This document shows, piece by piece, positions 39,102 through 52,419 of a stretch of DNA of 64,000 nucleotides. Origin of the DNA: Macrostomum hystrix (Eukaryota; Animalia; Platyhelminthes); the NCBI GenBank assembly GCA_950097015.1, contig CATNEN010000003.1, forward strand, positions 12,648,001-12,712,000. The letters run 5' to 3'. Position 1 is the first letter of the stretch; every line of letters starts with the position of its first letter. The notes beneath the pieces were generated by a model, which saw only the letters and a list, made by a program, of their open reading frames with translations, did not search any database and had not been told where the DNA came from. Position numbers and translations under genes: made by a program.

Positions 39102-40885
39102 GATTAAAGTAGTGCATTTATTATAATTCTTATCTGCTAAATGATAACAATATCTCAAAAAGTCTATTCAATTTTTTAACTGAATTATCAATAAAATTAT
39201 ATAATTACTATATATCCTGTCATTAGGAGTCAGTGTAATAAAAGTTAATTAGCAATTGAACTGCAAAATAACTGCAGCTGTGCTGTTGCCTGTTGGCTGC
39301 ACATCTTAAAACTCACTGATTAAAGTCAGAGAAACTAAAGTATATAGAAAAATATATATATTTAGATATTATAAATGAATATGAAATGACTGGTTAGGTT
39401 ACGATAGGCCCTATGAATGCAAATTTTGCCATTTTAGCGATCAATTATCAAAGCATTAGGCAGAAAATGAATTTGGAGTATTCACTTTATAGCCGAGTTA
39501 CCGATAGGGCTTTGCAGCGTTGAGGCATCTTCGCTACGATACGAATGCAAAAATCAAAACTTTTATAGAGACAAGCATAAGAGTTCTGTACGCAGGCTGA
39601 ACGGTGAATGTTTAAAAACTGGAGAAAAAATCACATGCATAACTAATTTGAACATTTTTTCTTGGAATCCGCTTCGGCAAATAGGATTGAACATTTAAAA
39701 CAAAAGGAATAGTTATAAAACTTAATTCACGCATTAAAGTACTATTAATTAAAAAATTGAGATTGTTTAGTTTTAAAACTAAAATTAGAAAGATTAGAAA
39801 GCCTCAAGTGTCCTGCACTTACAAGTCACAATTATGCAGCCTGCAGCGGTAGCCTGGCATGCAGGTTCATGGTTCGAACTCTGTTTTGACTGCTGAACTC
39901 AATGCCGCATTCGCCTAGCTCATTATTCTTGCCATCGTATATCGTGATACTCAGTCGTTTTATATACAATAATGGCTGATATCGTTAGGCTATATATATT
40001 CATTGTATGTACTCCATCGCCCGTCGGTCATGGAGTAGACACAAATAAAAGGAATCAAATTAAATATGCGAAACTCCTTGATTTAACACGCAATCAGCAC
40101 AATTTCTATGCAGTGCCAGAAAAACCATCTTTAAAATGGAAAATGAAGCTAATATTGAACATGTGTATTTTTCGTCGCAAGAGGCGTGATGAAAACGAAC
40201 TAGCAATTTTCATTACTGAGTATTTCAGTGTGGCAGGCGTTTATAATTGCAGGTAAAAATGTTTGAGACAAGCTGTTTGTATAACCAGTAATAGGTACCA
40301 TGTTCCGTACTGCAAATTTAGCAAATGGGATTTTTCGAATATTCGTATGAACTATCATGGTTAAAAAAACAGGTGTTTTCGAAATAGAACTGTAATTCTA
40401 GGTTATTAAGGATTAATTAGAAATTAGTATAATGGGATCGAGTAGTGTTCAATAATTAGACAATTTTAACGTCGTTTAAGGGGCTTTAAAAAAACTCGTT
40501 TTATATTACTTTAGGTGCGTTTGATGAAATCTGAACAATCAAACATTTTATAATTCGTGATTCAGATTTAGGGTCTAGAGTCCAAAGATTCATTCACAAA
40601 AAAGAATCATATATAGATCGACTATATGCACATAAGCTAGGGAACATCAGAGTCAAAAGCTTTGTCAATTGGCAAGTCGCATTTTAGAGATGTCACTATG
40701 GATTTAGAAGTTTCGTATGGAGCAAAGCGACAATTGTATGCGGAAAAATCATAGGCAGACAGAAAGCAGCTATTTTTTGAGAAGTTTCAAAAATTGAACG
40801 AAACGGAAGTTTTTCTGGTTTAAAGATGAAGCATAATTTTAAGCCTCGAGTGAAATATTCTATAATAGCTTAAGAAAATCAATCA

Positions 40886-41070
40886 GATTTACAATTGATT
40901 TCAGCGCAGGCAAGTGAAGAGTTTAAAAACGGTTGCTAAAAACTTTACAAGCAGTTATTCGTGTCAACTTTTATTTACAATTAGCAAAGCACAGAAAAAT
41001 CAAATGAGCAAAGCAATAAGAACAATAAACAGACTATGTAAAAACTACAATCATTTTCTTCAGTTACAAA
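40886..41070 (-). promoter_or_regulatory. Cluster of Pumilio/Nanos-response-like motifs in the hunchback 3' UTR
   Basis: mRNA-sense AUUGUAAAUA (40981-40972; perfect UGUANAUA), AUUGUAG (41051-41045), AUUGUAAAUC (40895-40886), plus two more UGUA cores. Confidence 0.55.
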
Positions 41071-41081
41071 TTAGCAAAGAA

Positions 41082-44000
41082 TTAAAATCTTCGGGACTTC
41101 ACGCGCAGGTCAAGAGGAGCTAAACCGCCAACCGTCGGAGGCTGCGGCGAGGGCGGTGGCGGCGGGTACGGCGATTCAACTGCAACTGGCTGCTGCTGCT
41201 GGAGTTGATGATGCTGCAAAATCCGGTGCAGATGCTGCTGCTGCTGCTGCCACAGTGCATGGATCGAGGGAAGCGGCAGTGGCGGCAGGGTCGGAGGAGG
41301 AAACGTCGGCAGGAAAAATGGCCTTGGCGATGGCTGCTGCTGCTGCTGATAATAGTGTTGACGAGGCGATGTTGGATTAGAAGCACCAAATGCCGCAGCT
41401 GCCATTTGTTGATAATATAGCCGCTCTTGCTGCTGCTGCTGCTGCTGCTGCCTCCTCAAGCTGCACAGGTCAGCAACAGTCTGATCTGGATCCCAGAAAA
41501 AACTCGAATAATCGCCCAGCTGTTCTGGCTCATGCGTCTGCGCTAATTGCGTCGGTGGTGGCAGCGGCAGCGACGGCAGAAGCGGCTGAGGTAGCCAGGC
41601 CATAGAGTGCGGAATCGGCAGCGGATACGATGCCGAAGGTGGCGGCGGCGGCGGCGGCGGCGGGGGCGGCGGCGGCGGCTGCGGCGGAGCGGTCCCAGTC
41701 AGAGACGGCTGATTTGTCGCCGAGGTGGAAGCATTCGGTAGCCTTTGATTCCTCTGCTGCTGCTGCTGCTGAAATTTCTTGCTGTGAGAGCCAGTTCCCG
41801 TGGCTGGCCTATGGCCATTCTTGCGCAGGTGGGTCTTTAGCGAGTGGCAGTACTTTGTAGCGTAGTTGCAATCTCGGCAGCAATAGTGACAGACACTGCT
41901 GTGCGACTTCAGGTGCGAATTCAGCATGCTGCGGTTGACGCATTTGTAAGTGCACTTGTCGCACTGGAAGGGCTTCAGGTTGCGATGGTTGCGCTCGTGA
42001 TACTCCAGGTGGTGCCTGTATTCGGTGACAAACTCACACAGCTTGCACTGCAGCATCTTCTCTGGCTTGATGTGCAGTCGAGCATGGCGCCAGAACAGTA
42101 CCTGCGGCCATTGCGGGAAATTTAATGTAAAAATTATTGTCTTTTTTAAACTACTTTTAGTAAGAAAGATAACATTTTAAACAAGAATCGATTGCCACAT
42201 TTCAGCATAAGCAATCAGTTATTTCTCAATGGTTTGAATTTACGATGAATATTTTTCATACAGCTTTTTGAAAAGAGTGATTTTAAACATCACTCTGACG
42301 AAAACAAATCCTTATTAGAGTTGGTAGAATGGGATTAGACTTGGTAGAATGGGATTAGACTTGGTAGAATGGGATTAGACTTGGTAGAATGGGATTAGAC
42401 TTGGTAGAATGGGATTAGACTTGGTAGAATGGGATTAGACTTGGTAGAATGGGATTAGACTTGGTAGAATGGGATTAGACTTGGTAGAATGGGATTAGAC
42501 TTGGTAGAATGGGATTAGACTTGGTAGAATGGGATTAGACTTGGTAGAATGGGATTAGACTTGGTAGAATGGGATTAGACTTGGTAGAATGGGATTAGAC
42601 TTGGTAGAATGGGATTAGACTTGGTAGAATGGGATTAGACTTGGTAGAATGGGATTAGACTTGGTAGAATGGGATTAGACTTGGTAGAATGGGACTAGAC
42701 TTGGTAGAATGGGATTAGACTTGGTAGAATGGGATTAGACTTGGTAGAATGGGATTAGACTTGGTAGAATGGGATTAGACTTGGTAGAATGGGATTAGAC
42801 TTGGTAGAATGGGATTAGACTTGGTAGAATGGGATTAGACTTGGTAGAATGGGATTAGACTTGGTAGAATGGGACTAGACTTGGTAGAATGGGATTAGAC
42901 TTGGTAGAATGGGATTAGACTTGGTAGAATGGGATTAGACTTGGTAGAATGGGATTAGACTTGGCGATTGACGCTTGCAGGTGAAATAGGATAAAATTTG
43001 ATAGACTTAATTTCGAGATCTGTATTGAAATCTTGATTTTACGGACGCCAAAAGGTTAAAAAGGTCAAACTGCACATTGTCAACTTAACTAATGTACCAT
43101 TTTTAAACGCCCTTTTGCAAGCTCAAATCCTCAATTGTAATTTCCGTGTTGCAACATTTATTCGCTCTTTAATGTTTGATTTATTGTCTCGAATTCTATG
43201 CCTAAATAGTTGGACACTGTAAACTCAATGATAAAAAAACGAGAAACACAAATTTAGAATTTGGCCACCCACTAATAAACGGCTTAGCTGTGACAAACAA
43301 AATTACACCGGAAATTCTGGCAGTTTCTGACGCCAAATATTCTGGCGCATAGTTGTGTTTTTTTTTATCAAAAATTCACTCGCTAAATTGTGCCGACAAA
43401 AAAACTGTACCGCGCTTGTATCACTGACATTTCTACTAGTTTCGACGAAAATTTGCTTCATAAAAAAAGAAGAGACATATGTACATGTACGCTTGCGTTA
43501 GTGTGCTGCTGAATGTGCTTGCTTCTGTTTTTAGTCTGGAACATTGTGCCTTGAACAGGACGATTAATTTAGGAACAGATGAGACTGCGGTATAGGCTAA
43601 GAAAGCGGGGAAATAAGGGTCGGATGAAGGAACGGAATGAGGGGCGGATGAAGCAGCGGAATGAGGGTCGGATGAAGGAACGGAATGAGGGTCGGATAAA
43701 GGAGCGGATTGAGGGGCGGATGAAGGAGCGGAATGAGGGGCGGATGAAGGAGCGGATTGAGGGTCGGATGAAGGAGCGGAATGAGGGTCGGATGAAGGAG
43801 CGGAATGAGGGTCGGATGAAGGAGCGGATTGAGGGGCGGATGAAGCAGCGGAATGAGGGGCGGATGAAGGAGCGGAATGAGGGGCGGATGAAGCAGCGGA
43901 ATGAGGGGCGGATGAAGGAGCAGAATGAGGGGCGGATGAAGGAGCGGTAAAAGGAGGGAGGATGAACATGAAGTCATGGCTGATTACAGCAAATAGCCTT

Positions 44001-45245
44001 ACCTTGTCCTGCACCTGAAAGTCGCAATGTCTGCATCGGTAAGTCCTCTTCTTGACCGTTGGCCCCTCGCCCTCCACGCCGCCATCGCTCTCATCCTCGT
44101 CGCCATCGTCCATCGTGCCGACGCCGCAGCTTTGTCGGCCGTCGCTTAACTGCCGCCCCAGAAGATCGCCGATCTCGCCGACACTGCCAACATCGGCATC
44201 TTCAGCTGCGACATCCTGCTTGATGTTGGGCGACGAGGCTACCGATGTCATAGAGTCTGAAATGTTGTCATGAGTGTTGTCAGATATCGGTGAGCATTTT
44301 GACGGTAACCAAACAGCAATTGTGTCTCATTGTTTTAATACACCTGTATTGGTCGAAGTTTATCTGGGTGCCATAAAACAATTTAAAAACTATATCCCTA
44401 AATTGTTTATTGTGTCCAGTATATATGGCCGAAATAACCTATTTATTATTTTATTGACCTTGTCTCGGTGCTGTTGTCAAGGGGAATGTCATTTGTCAGT
44501 CATCCTGATCCTACACAGTCCGACATATGGATTTAACTATATATAATACACCTAAACATTTTTGTTTCAACATATTTCACAAATTCAAGTGTGAAAACTT
44601 GTTGTCAACCAAAATGCAACATGGCATATAAGTTTATACAACCGGGGATCATTAACTGGGAATTTTATGCGTTTGGGAAGTCAGCGGCGACAATATATAT
44701 GCTTTTCAATCAGATATGTTTTGAAACGACACGAATAAAGCAGGATTTTAAAGCAGCTAGCAGAAGAAGATTCTTGTCATTTTTTTAACCGAATGCAAAG
44801 GTATCCGTGTGGCTGCAATAGCTTCATAAAATTCTGAAGCTGTAGATAGCGCAGCAATATAAAAAGTTGTGTCCATTCATTTCGTCCATAAAAACCTGTA
44901 TATACGGTCATCTAGAGACGGGGCTATATTCTAGGAAAATGGGGATTAAAGATGACAAACTACTGTCACACCGCCATTGAGATTATAAAGCATTTTACAG
45001 CACTGTCCATTGCTGCAATATCTCACTCAATTTTACTTTTATTACTGTTCATGATGTTTCGTGACTTTCTGCTTTTGCGCAAGCATAATTTATCTTTCGA
45101 CACTGAATGGGACTCGACAGTGAATAATGTTTGCCTAAAGTGTCAACCACTTACCGTTTCCAAAGCTGGTTGAACAGGCTCCAATCGTTTGCTCATGAGC
45201 GGTTGTTAGATCAGCTGACAACAAACTGGTGCCGACTGCACCGCC

Positions 45246-45283
<38 letters not shown>

Positions 45284-45365
45284 TGATAATGCTTGGCTCA
45301 CAGTTAAGTTCTTTATATTGAAGCGACTTGTTGTGACAATTCGATGAGACAGATAGAAACTCCAT
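41082..45365 (-). CDS. hb: Hunchback-family C2H2 zinc-finger transcription factor, 3 exons, about 494 aa
   Basis: Exons 45365-45155, 44256-44003, 42101-41082 join in frame. Four central fingers [47 protein letters not shown]...[26 protein letters not shown]...[23 protein letters not shown] closely match Hunchback/HBL-1. Confidence 0.93.
42318..42964. repeat. Near-perfect 20-bp minisatellite (TTGGTAGAATGGGATTAGAC)n, hb intron 2
   Basis: About 32 copies, almost no variants. Confidence 0.97.
43615..43948. repeat. 24-bp minisatellite (CGGATGAAGGAGCGGAATGAGGGG)n, hb intron 2
   Basis: Direct periodicity. Confidence 0.95.
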
Positions 45366-45440
45366 TTTGTTCGAATAGTAGAAATTCGAGTCTTGCGCTA
45401 TGTGGGCAATCTAAGTCTAGTAGAAGACAAGTTGACACTC

Positions 45441-45511
45441 TTTTATATATTGTTATTCATTATACGCGGCCAATTGGCCCTTAATTCAAACAGACCCTAG
45501 CACCCCATTGG
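45441..45511 (-). promoter_or_regulatory. Candidate hunchback core promoter (TATA plus CCAAT boxes)
   Basis: TATAAAA on the minus strand at 45447-45441, about 80 nt upstream of the ATG; GGCCAATTGGCC palindrome at 45468-45479; second CCAAT at 45511-45507. Confidence 0.6.
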
Positions 45512-46164
45512 TCCGCTCGAGGAGCGACTAACCCCACCACCTCCGCCACTCACGGGGTGGTTGACGCACGCAGTTCATTGCGGCACGCATTTTCTTGCCT
45601 AAAAAAATTCAAAACTTCACTTCAAAGTTAACTGCCGCGCTAATGCTCTTTTTCAGAGGTGTGAAATCATTCATGTTTTATCTGGAAAGTAATGCTTATT
45701 ATGTTGGCACATTAAGCAGTGGAATGAATAATCGATTCTAGATAAAGTCGCTAATACTGGGACAGGCTCAGTCTCGGAGTTCAATACAATACAATTCTCT
45801 AATTCCCTTAAATACCCTTTAAAAATGAAGAATTTCGTTTAACGTCTAATTCCCATGCTCAGCTTGGCGTTATTGTTGCAGTATTAGTGCTCTAGTTTCG
45901 AATTAAATCTCCATGGTAAATCCAACATGCCTACGAGTATAGTCTAAATTGAAAATCAATTTAAATTACTTTCCAGACATATTTGACATTCTTCTGTCTG
46001 ATCAAATTCACCGTATTATGTAATCAATTGCGAGTAATATTACATATTGTAACGTTGGGTTTAACTTTTTTAGATTTTAGGTGATATGGAGTGTCCATAT
46101 CCTCAATCCGATGATCTTCGGTTTGTAGTTTTTCAAGTTTAGGGTTTATGTACAAGTGTAGTTA

Positions 46165-46700
46165 GGGTCTATGGAGTTGGGTTTTATGGAGTTTGGGTTT
46201 ATGGAGTTGGGGTTTATGTAGTTGGGGTTTATGGAGTTAGGGTTTATGGAGTTTGGGATTTATGGAGTTTGGGTTTATGGAGTTGGGGTTTATGTAGTTG
46301 GGGTTTATGGAGTTAGGGTTTATGTAGTTGGGGTTTATGGAGTTTGGGATTTATGGAGTTTGGGTTTATGGAGTTGGGGTTTATGTAGTTGGGGTTTATG
46401 GAGTTAGGGTTTATGGAGTTTGGGTTTATGGGGTTGGGGTTTATGTAGTTTATGGTTTATGGAGTTTAGGTTTATGTAGTTTATGGTTTATGGAGTTTGG
46501 GGTTTATGGAGTTTGGGGTTTATGGAGTTTGGGTTTATCGAGTTTGGGTTTATGGAGTTGGGGTTTATGGAGTTTAGGCTTTATAAAGTTTGGGGTTTGT
46601 GGAGTTGCGGTTTATGGATTTAGGGATTTATGGATTTAGGGGTTTATTGAGTTTAAGGTTAATGAATTTTAGGGTTTATGGAGTTTGGGGTTTAAGAAGT
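46165..46700. repeat. G/T-rich degenerate repeat (GGGTTTATGGAGTT)n
   Basis: Direct periodicity of about 14-16 bp. Confidence 0.9.
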
Positions 46701-47469
46701 TTGTGAAATACGAAATTCGGTGAACTGAATCAAATCAAATACAGTTTTTCTAAATGTTGTACATGCCTCAAATTAATTCGAACCAGATAATCATATTCTT
46801 TCCGTTCTCTATAGCAATAAGTTTTCAATTCCCAGTGTAGAAAAGTTCTTTAAAAAGACTATTATATTAACGATATCAAAGTCTTCTAAATCATATTTGC
46901 GTGTGTGTGGTCCAAACGGGCAGTTAGTCTTTGTTAAATTGTCCTTTAACACGAAGGGTGAAAATGAAAGAGATTTGTGTGAGCTATTGTGGAGATTTCT
47001 ATAGGACAAAGGAAAATAATTTTGTCACAGTCAAATTGAAAAGGAATTTTCTCCCGATAAAATGCGTGATTTATGACATTTATCACATCTTTCAGACGTA
47101 CACATATCTCGTAGGAACTCATAAATTATGTTCCTATCACATGAAAATAAGAAATTAAGATTGTGTTGCTTATAACTAGTTTTCTTTAAGATGACATTCT
47201 TGATTGCATAAACAGTTTATTTGTCAGTAAAATTAATTTACTAATCAATGTCTTTTGTTGTTAGAAAATCTGCAACATACCCCTTTTTAACGTGCGTCTA
47301 TCATAATTCAGATTTGAAACAAAAAAACTGTTCTAAAGTATTTTTTGTCGTGTCATTTTTGTGATAGTTTTCATATTGCTGGCATGTTGAATTATTTACT
47401 GCAATAAAATCTAACCGTGGCTAAATGCTAAAAGCTACCTTTAAAAAACAGTATCGGTATTAAAGTTGC

Positions 47470-47540
47470 CAGCATTAGCTGGGTTAATTGAGGGTGGGTG
47501 TGGTGTCCCCCTGTCCATGGACTGACTGAACAGCTGCTTT
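47470..47540 (+). mobile_element. 3' fragment of the SINE family
   Basis: CATTAGCTGG...GGGTGTGGTGTCCCCCTGTCCATGGACTGACTGAACAGC matches the tail of the 34551 copy. Confidence 0.65.
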
Positions 47541-48012
47541 ATGCAGCCGTGCAATAGCTGCGGCTGTGGCTGTACATCTGGCCTAATTAGGTAAAATTCA
47601 GTTTTTTGACTTACAATAAAATTGTCCAACTGCAAAAGGCTTAAGCTAATGCGATTCTGATGCTGTTGAAGGACTATGAGAAATTTAAAATCATTTGGCA
47701 TGTTGTTGGTAAATTTTTTAGCTGCAAAAAAGATTTGCACCACATTCGGTTTAGCTTGTTAAAATTTTTCTTATTCGAAAAACCGTTTTTGTTTATTCCA
47801 AGTAAGATTTAAAGTAGATAAAGCTAACAAATTTTTGTTATATGAATTGTGATACCAAAGTAAATTTTTTTCTTGACTTTTGCCAACTATGATATCTCAA
47901 GTGACTTACATCCAATTCAAGCTATAATTTTATAAAACACACGTTACTGCAGCCAAAACATCCGTGGTTAGTCACAAGCTGCAAAGTTCAGCTTTCGAAA
48001 AATGATGACAAC

Positions 48013-49070
48013 TGAGATCTGAGAGGTATGACTGATAATCTACCTGAGATCTGAGAGGAATGACTGATAATCTACCTGAAATCTGAGAGAAATGACTGAT
48101 AATCTACCTGAGATCTGAGAGGTATGACCGATAATCTACCTGAGATCTGAGAGGAATGACTGATAATCTACCTGAAATATGAGAGAAATGAATGATAATC
48201 TACCTGAGATCTGAGAGGTATGACTGATAATCTACCTGAGATCTGAGAGGTATGACTGATAATCTACCTGAGATCTGAGAGGAATGACGGATAATCTACC
48301 TGAGATCTGAGAGGAATGATTGATAATCTACCTGAGATCTGAGAGGTATGACTGATAATCTACCTGAGATCTGAGAGGTATGACTGATAATCTACCTGAG
48401 ATCTGAGAGGAATGACTGATAATCTACCTGAGAACTGAGAGGTATGACTGATAATCTACCTGAGATATGAGAGGTATGACTGATAATCTACCTGAGATCT
48501 GAGAGGAATGACTGATAATCTACCTGAAATCTGAGAGAAATGACTGATAATCTACCTGAGATCTGAGAGGTATGACCGATAATCTACCTGAGATCTGAGA
48601 GGAATGACTGATAATCTACCTGAAATATGAGAGAAATGAATGATAATCTACCTGAGATCTGAGAGGTATGACTGATAATCTACCTGAGATCTGAGAGGTA
48701 TGACTGATAATCTACCTGAGATCTGAGAGGAATGACTGATAATCTACCTGAGATCTGAGAGGTATGACTGATAATCTACCTGAGATCTGAGAGGAATGAC
48801 TGATAATCTACCTGAGATCTGAGAGGAATGACTGATAATCTACCTGAGATATGAGAGGTATGACTGATAATCTACCTGAGATCTGAGAGGAATGACTGAT
48901 AATCTACCTGAGATCTGAGAGGTATGACTGATAATCTACCTGAGATCTGAGAGGAATGACTGATAATCTACCTGATCTGTGAGAGATATCGCCTTTAATC
49001 TACCTGATCTGTGAGAGATATCGCCTTTAATCTACCTGATCTGTGAGAGGTATCGCCTTTAATCTACCTT
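48013..49070. repeat. 32-bp minisatellite (TGAGATCTGAGAGGTATGACTGATAATCTACC)n
   Basis: Direct periodicity. Confidence 0.96.
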
Positions 49071-50009
49071 ACCAAACCAGACTTTGCTTGAAATCTTCTA
49101 GTTGTGCAGGTAAGCAACTGAAATCTCGTTTTGGCAGTGTTTTACAGACAGCAAAAACTAATTTGCGTCATCAAAGCGTGAATTTTATTGCGCAAAAGAG
49201 AATTTCTAAAGCTAATTTGCGTTGTGAAACATAAAAAAATGTTAACACAAACAATGCGAACTGCAAAAATTGTTTCTTATTGAAGCAAGTGTAACTTTTT
49301 GCAAAGTTATCAAGATAAAATGTGACTCAACAGCAGTGATCTGCGCGCTTTGCATGAAGACCCATACAGACGTTGATTGTATGCGTGCCTTATAAAACTG
49401 CGAAAGATTCTTTGAGTGACAACAAAACACGGGTAAACAGGTCCATCAATCTACAGGTCCATAAAATGTACTGCGATACACATGCTGCACAATCGTATAA
49501 ACTGTTATTTTTGCATGGCATGAGCTCTGGTGCCATTTTTATTACTGCAAGCAAAGCTACATTTTATTAGTTAAACTTTTTTGATCAAAAGGCTTTCTTT
49601 GATTTTAATTGAAGACTAGCAACGAAGTGCCATATAGCTGAGTTTCCACAGGAAGTCACAGGCAGAGCTAAAGTATGGGCATAAACGTGTGTTCACAATT
49701 CATCTAAACACACCAGTCAGTCATTCCTAGCTATAATGGAAGCCGTAAAATGGAAATGGAAAAAATAGATGCTAATCTTTTATATTTCTTGAAACTTTGC
49801 TAGCAATTCAGTCTTGGTAGTCCGTCAGTTCTTTTATCCAACGAAATTCTCCTACTATCCGATAATGTAACGATGAATTTAACGATATTGTCAATGTAAA
49901 GTTAATCCTTTAGTTTGTACATATTTTAGTAAAGCAGTTGTATTTACTATTTAGGGCCAGATGTGCAGCCGACAGCACAGCCATAGCCATTGCGCATGAA
50001 CAGAACATG

Positions 50010-50175
50010 TACGGCTGTTCAGTCCATGGACTGTGGGGCACCACAACCAGAGTACCAAATCTGATGCTGGTACTCATTTAACAGCTGGGTCAACAGAATT
50101 AATGTGTAGTTAAAGTGTTTTGCTGAAGGATAGAACATTTTCTGTTAGAATCGGGAATCGAACCCCGACCTTCAA
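50010..50175 (-). mobile_element. 5'-truncated SINE copy
   Basis: B box GGGGTTCGATTCCC on the minus strand (about 50152-50166), CORE-like body, and GCTGTTCAGTCCATGGACTG tail. Confidence 0.65.
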
Positions 50176-50399
50176 AGAGATATTAAAAAAATTGATTAAC
50201 GAATAATTGCTGACTTGCACATGAGTCGATTGCTTAAACTACTTATCATTTATGTGAGTAGTTAAAAATGAAGCGATTTACCGTAAAAACGGTACTATTC
50301 TCGACGTAGCAAGCTAAAAAAAAATAAAAAGAAAAAAATCACGCATCTTTTAACTTGCAAAAGTTTATGACAATGACAACAATAACTACAGGAGGGCTG

Positions 50400-50700
50400 C
50401 CGGCAATGGCACATTGTTTGGTGACACTAGACCCGCAGCCAGCGAGGAGGCAATTCTGCCCATTCCGCTGACTCTCCTGAGCACACGCGCACACAGGTGT
50501 GTACATCGGCACTTCTCATCGACAGCCAGTGTACACTCTCACTGTGCCTTGGAGGTTGGCCCTCAAGGTTGTAAATTGCACGACAAGCCCCCAAGCCTTC
50601 TCTCCGTTTCAGCGCCTCTAATCAATGTGGCCTCGCCGCGGAATCGAGCTCAGGGACCTCGACCCGAGAGGCAAACGCGTTAACTGCTCTGCCACTCACC
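50400..50700 (-). mobile_element. Probable second tRNA-derived SINE
   Basis: Minus-strand head TGGCAGAGCAGTTAACGCG...GGTCCCTGAGCTCGATTCC (A- and B-box-like), followed by a GC-rich body. Confidence 0.45.
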
Positions 50701-51339
50701 CTGCCACTGCCACTAAAAGTTAATGATTTTTTTTCGTTAAGAACGACATAAATTTTTAACGACAATTTGCCTAAATTTTGGAGTTACAATGAAAGATAGT
50801 AATTTTTTGTTTATACTCGTATGTTCGCTGTTGTGTAAATCAAAACCTAAATTGTCGCAATAGAAAAATAAAAACAGACTTAATTGCTTCACAGTTGAGT
50901 GTTTCACATATTTTTATTAAATAATGAGAATTAAAATAGTTGTGCTATATCTGTTTTAAACAGAATTGAAATTATTTTATCGATACAAGCTTAATCCATT
51001 CTGTAAGCTGACAAAATTTTATTTTGCTAAAACAGATTTAACTTCAAGCCCATCAAAATCAGGTATTTTGTTGCTATGAGGATGCAAAAATATTAGATAT
51101 ACTGTCAACGGAATTTGTAAGCTGTTTGTAATTTAGTTGCTAGCATCCAGGGTTGTGGCTTCCGTAAATACGAGCTTCGGCTATAACTGCAACAAAGACC
51201 TATACGAGCAGATTCAACCTAAGACTTGAAACAACATCCGCTCAGTAATTAACTACAATAGTATGGCTTAGAAGGAGTTAAGGCTGAAGGAAGGGGTCGG
51301 AGTAAACTTCAAAATACAAAACTGCTACAAAGAGCTGAG

Positions 51340-51600
51340 TGAAAATGAAGTGAAAACCCAGTGAAAATGGAGTGAAAAAGGAGGGAAAATGGAGTGAAAA
51401 TGAAGTGATAATCAAGTGAAAACGGAGTGAAAACCGAGTGAAAATGGAGTGAAAATGGAGGGAAAATGGAGTGAAAATGGAACGAAAACGGAGTGAAAAT
51501 GGAGTGAAAATGGAACGAAAACGGAGTGAAAACGCAGTGATAATGGATTAAAAACCGTGTGAAAATGGAGTGAACATGGAGTGAATCTAAATCAAGTGGA
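51340..51600. repeat. 11-bp degenerate repeat (GGAGTGAAAAT)n
   Basis: Direct periodicity. Confidence 0.88.
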
Positions 51601-52419
51601 AATGTGTGCGAAAATAAAAGTGAATCAATTGAATTTATTCTACATTAAAATGATAAGTTCGGGACTAGAAAGCAGTCGTAAATAGTTTTTCGCTTGCTGC
51701 GATGATAAACTGAGCAAATTATTTGATTTGCTGCTAAATGCGACATTTGGAAAGTCTTTTCTAGAGTCTAATTTGACACTAAATTAGTGACTCGAAGCAA
51801 CCGAAGTAAACAAACCACTGCAGGCTTGTTTAAGGTGGTCCTTAGTAACAGAACCAAACATCCGCAAGAACAAACATTTAAATGATAGGAACCAGAAGCT
51901 ATTCATTAACAATGGCCCCCCTGCCTTAAAGACCATTCTTTCGTAGTTAATGTTAAACATTTTTGCTTGATAATATGAAGCTGAGAAACTGAGACAATTC
52001 TATTTTTAGAATTCCTGATGTGGTAGCTGAATACGACAAGGAAGCGTCATTGTCTTTCAGCAGAAATCTTAAAGTTTTGTTAAAATCAAAATACCTAATC
52101 ACAACACCGGAAGGAGATAATTTTGCATTTCAGATGCTATATATAAGTGTAACTGCCAGCAAAGATTCTGTTACTATGCCGATTGTAAAAATTGTTGACC
52201 CATCCAAACAGTTTTGGTTCACTGGTCCTGAATATCACGACTGCTGCTGACAAATTGCTTGATAAATTGAACTACCCAAGCCTCTTAACTATTAAAGACT
52301 AAAATTTAAGCCTATTATGAGTTTTGTTCACTAATTTAGGTGGATTTAGTTTACAATTTTATTTGAAGAGCTTTTTACAGTAACGCCACAAACTCACTAA
52401 TTATGGAATTTCTAGATCT

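Noticed and set aside
43436-44002. SAPSSAPH-repeat extension of the hunchback ORF
   Set aside because: Read-through into an intron; the donor at 44003/44002 is required to complete zinc finger 1.
46165-46700. Interstitial telomeric repeat
   Set aside because: Only isolated TTAGGG hexamers inside a different 14-16 bp unit.
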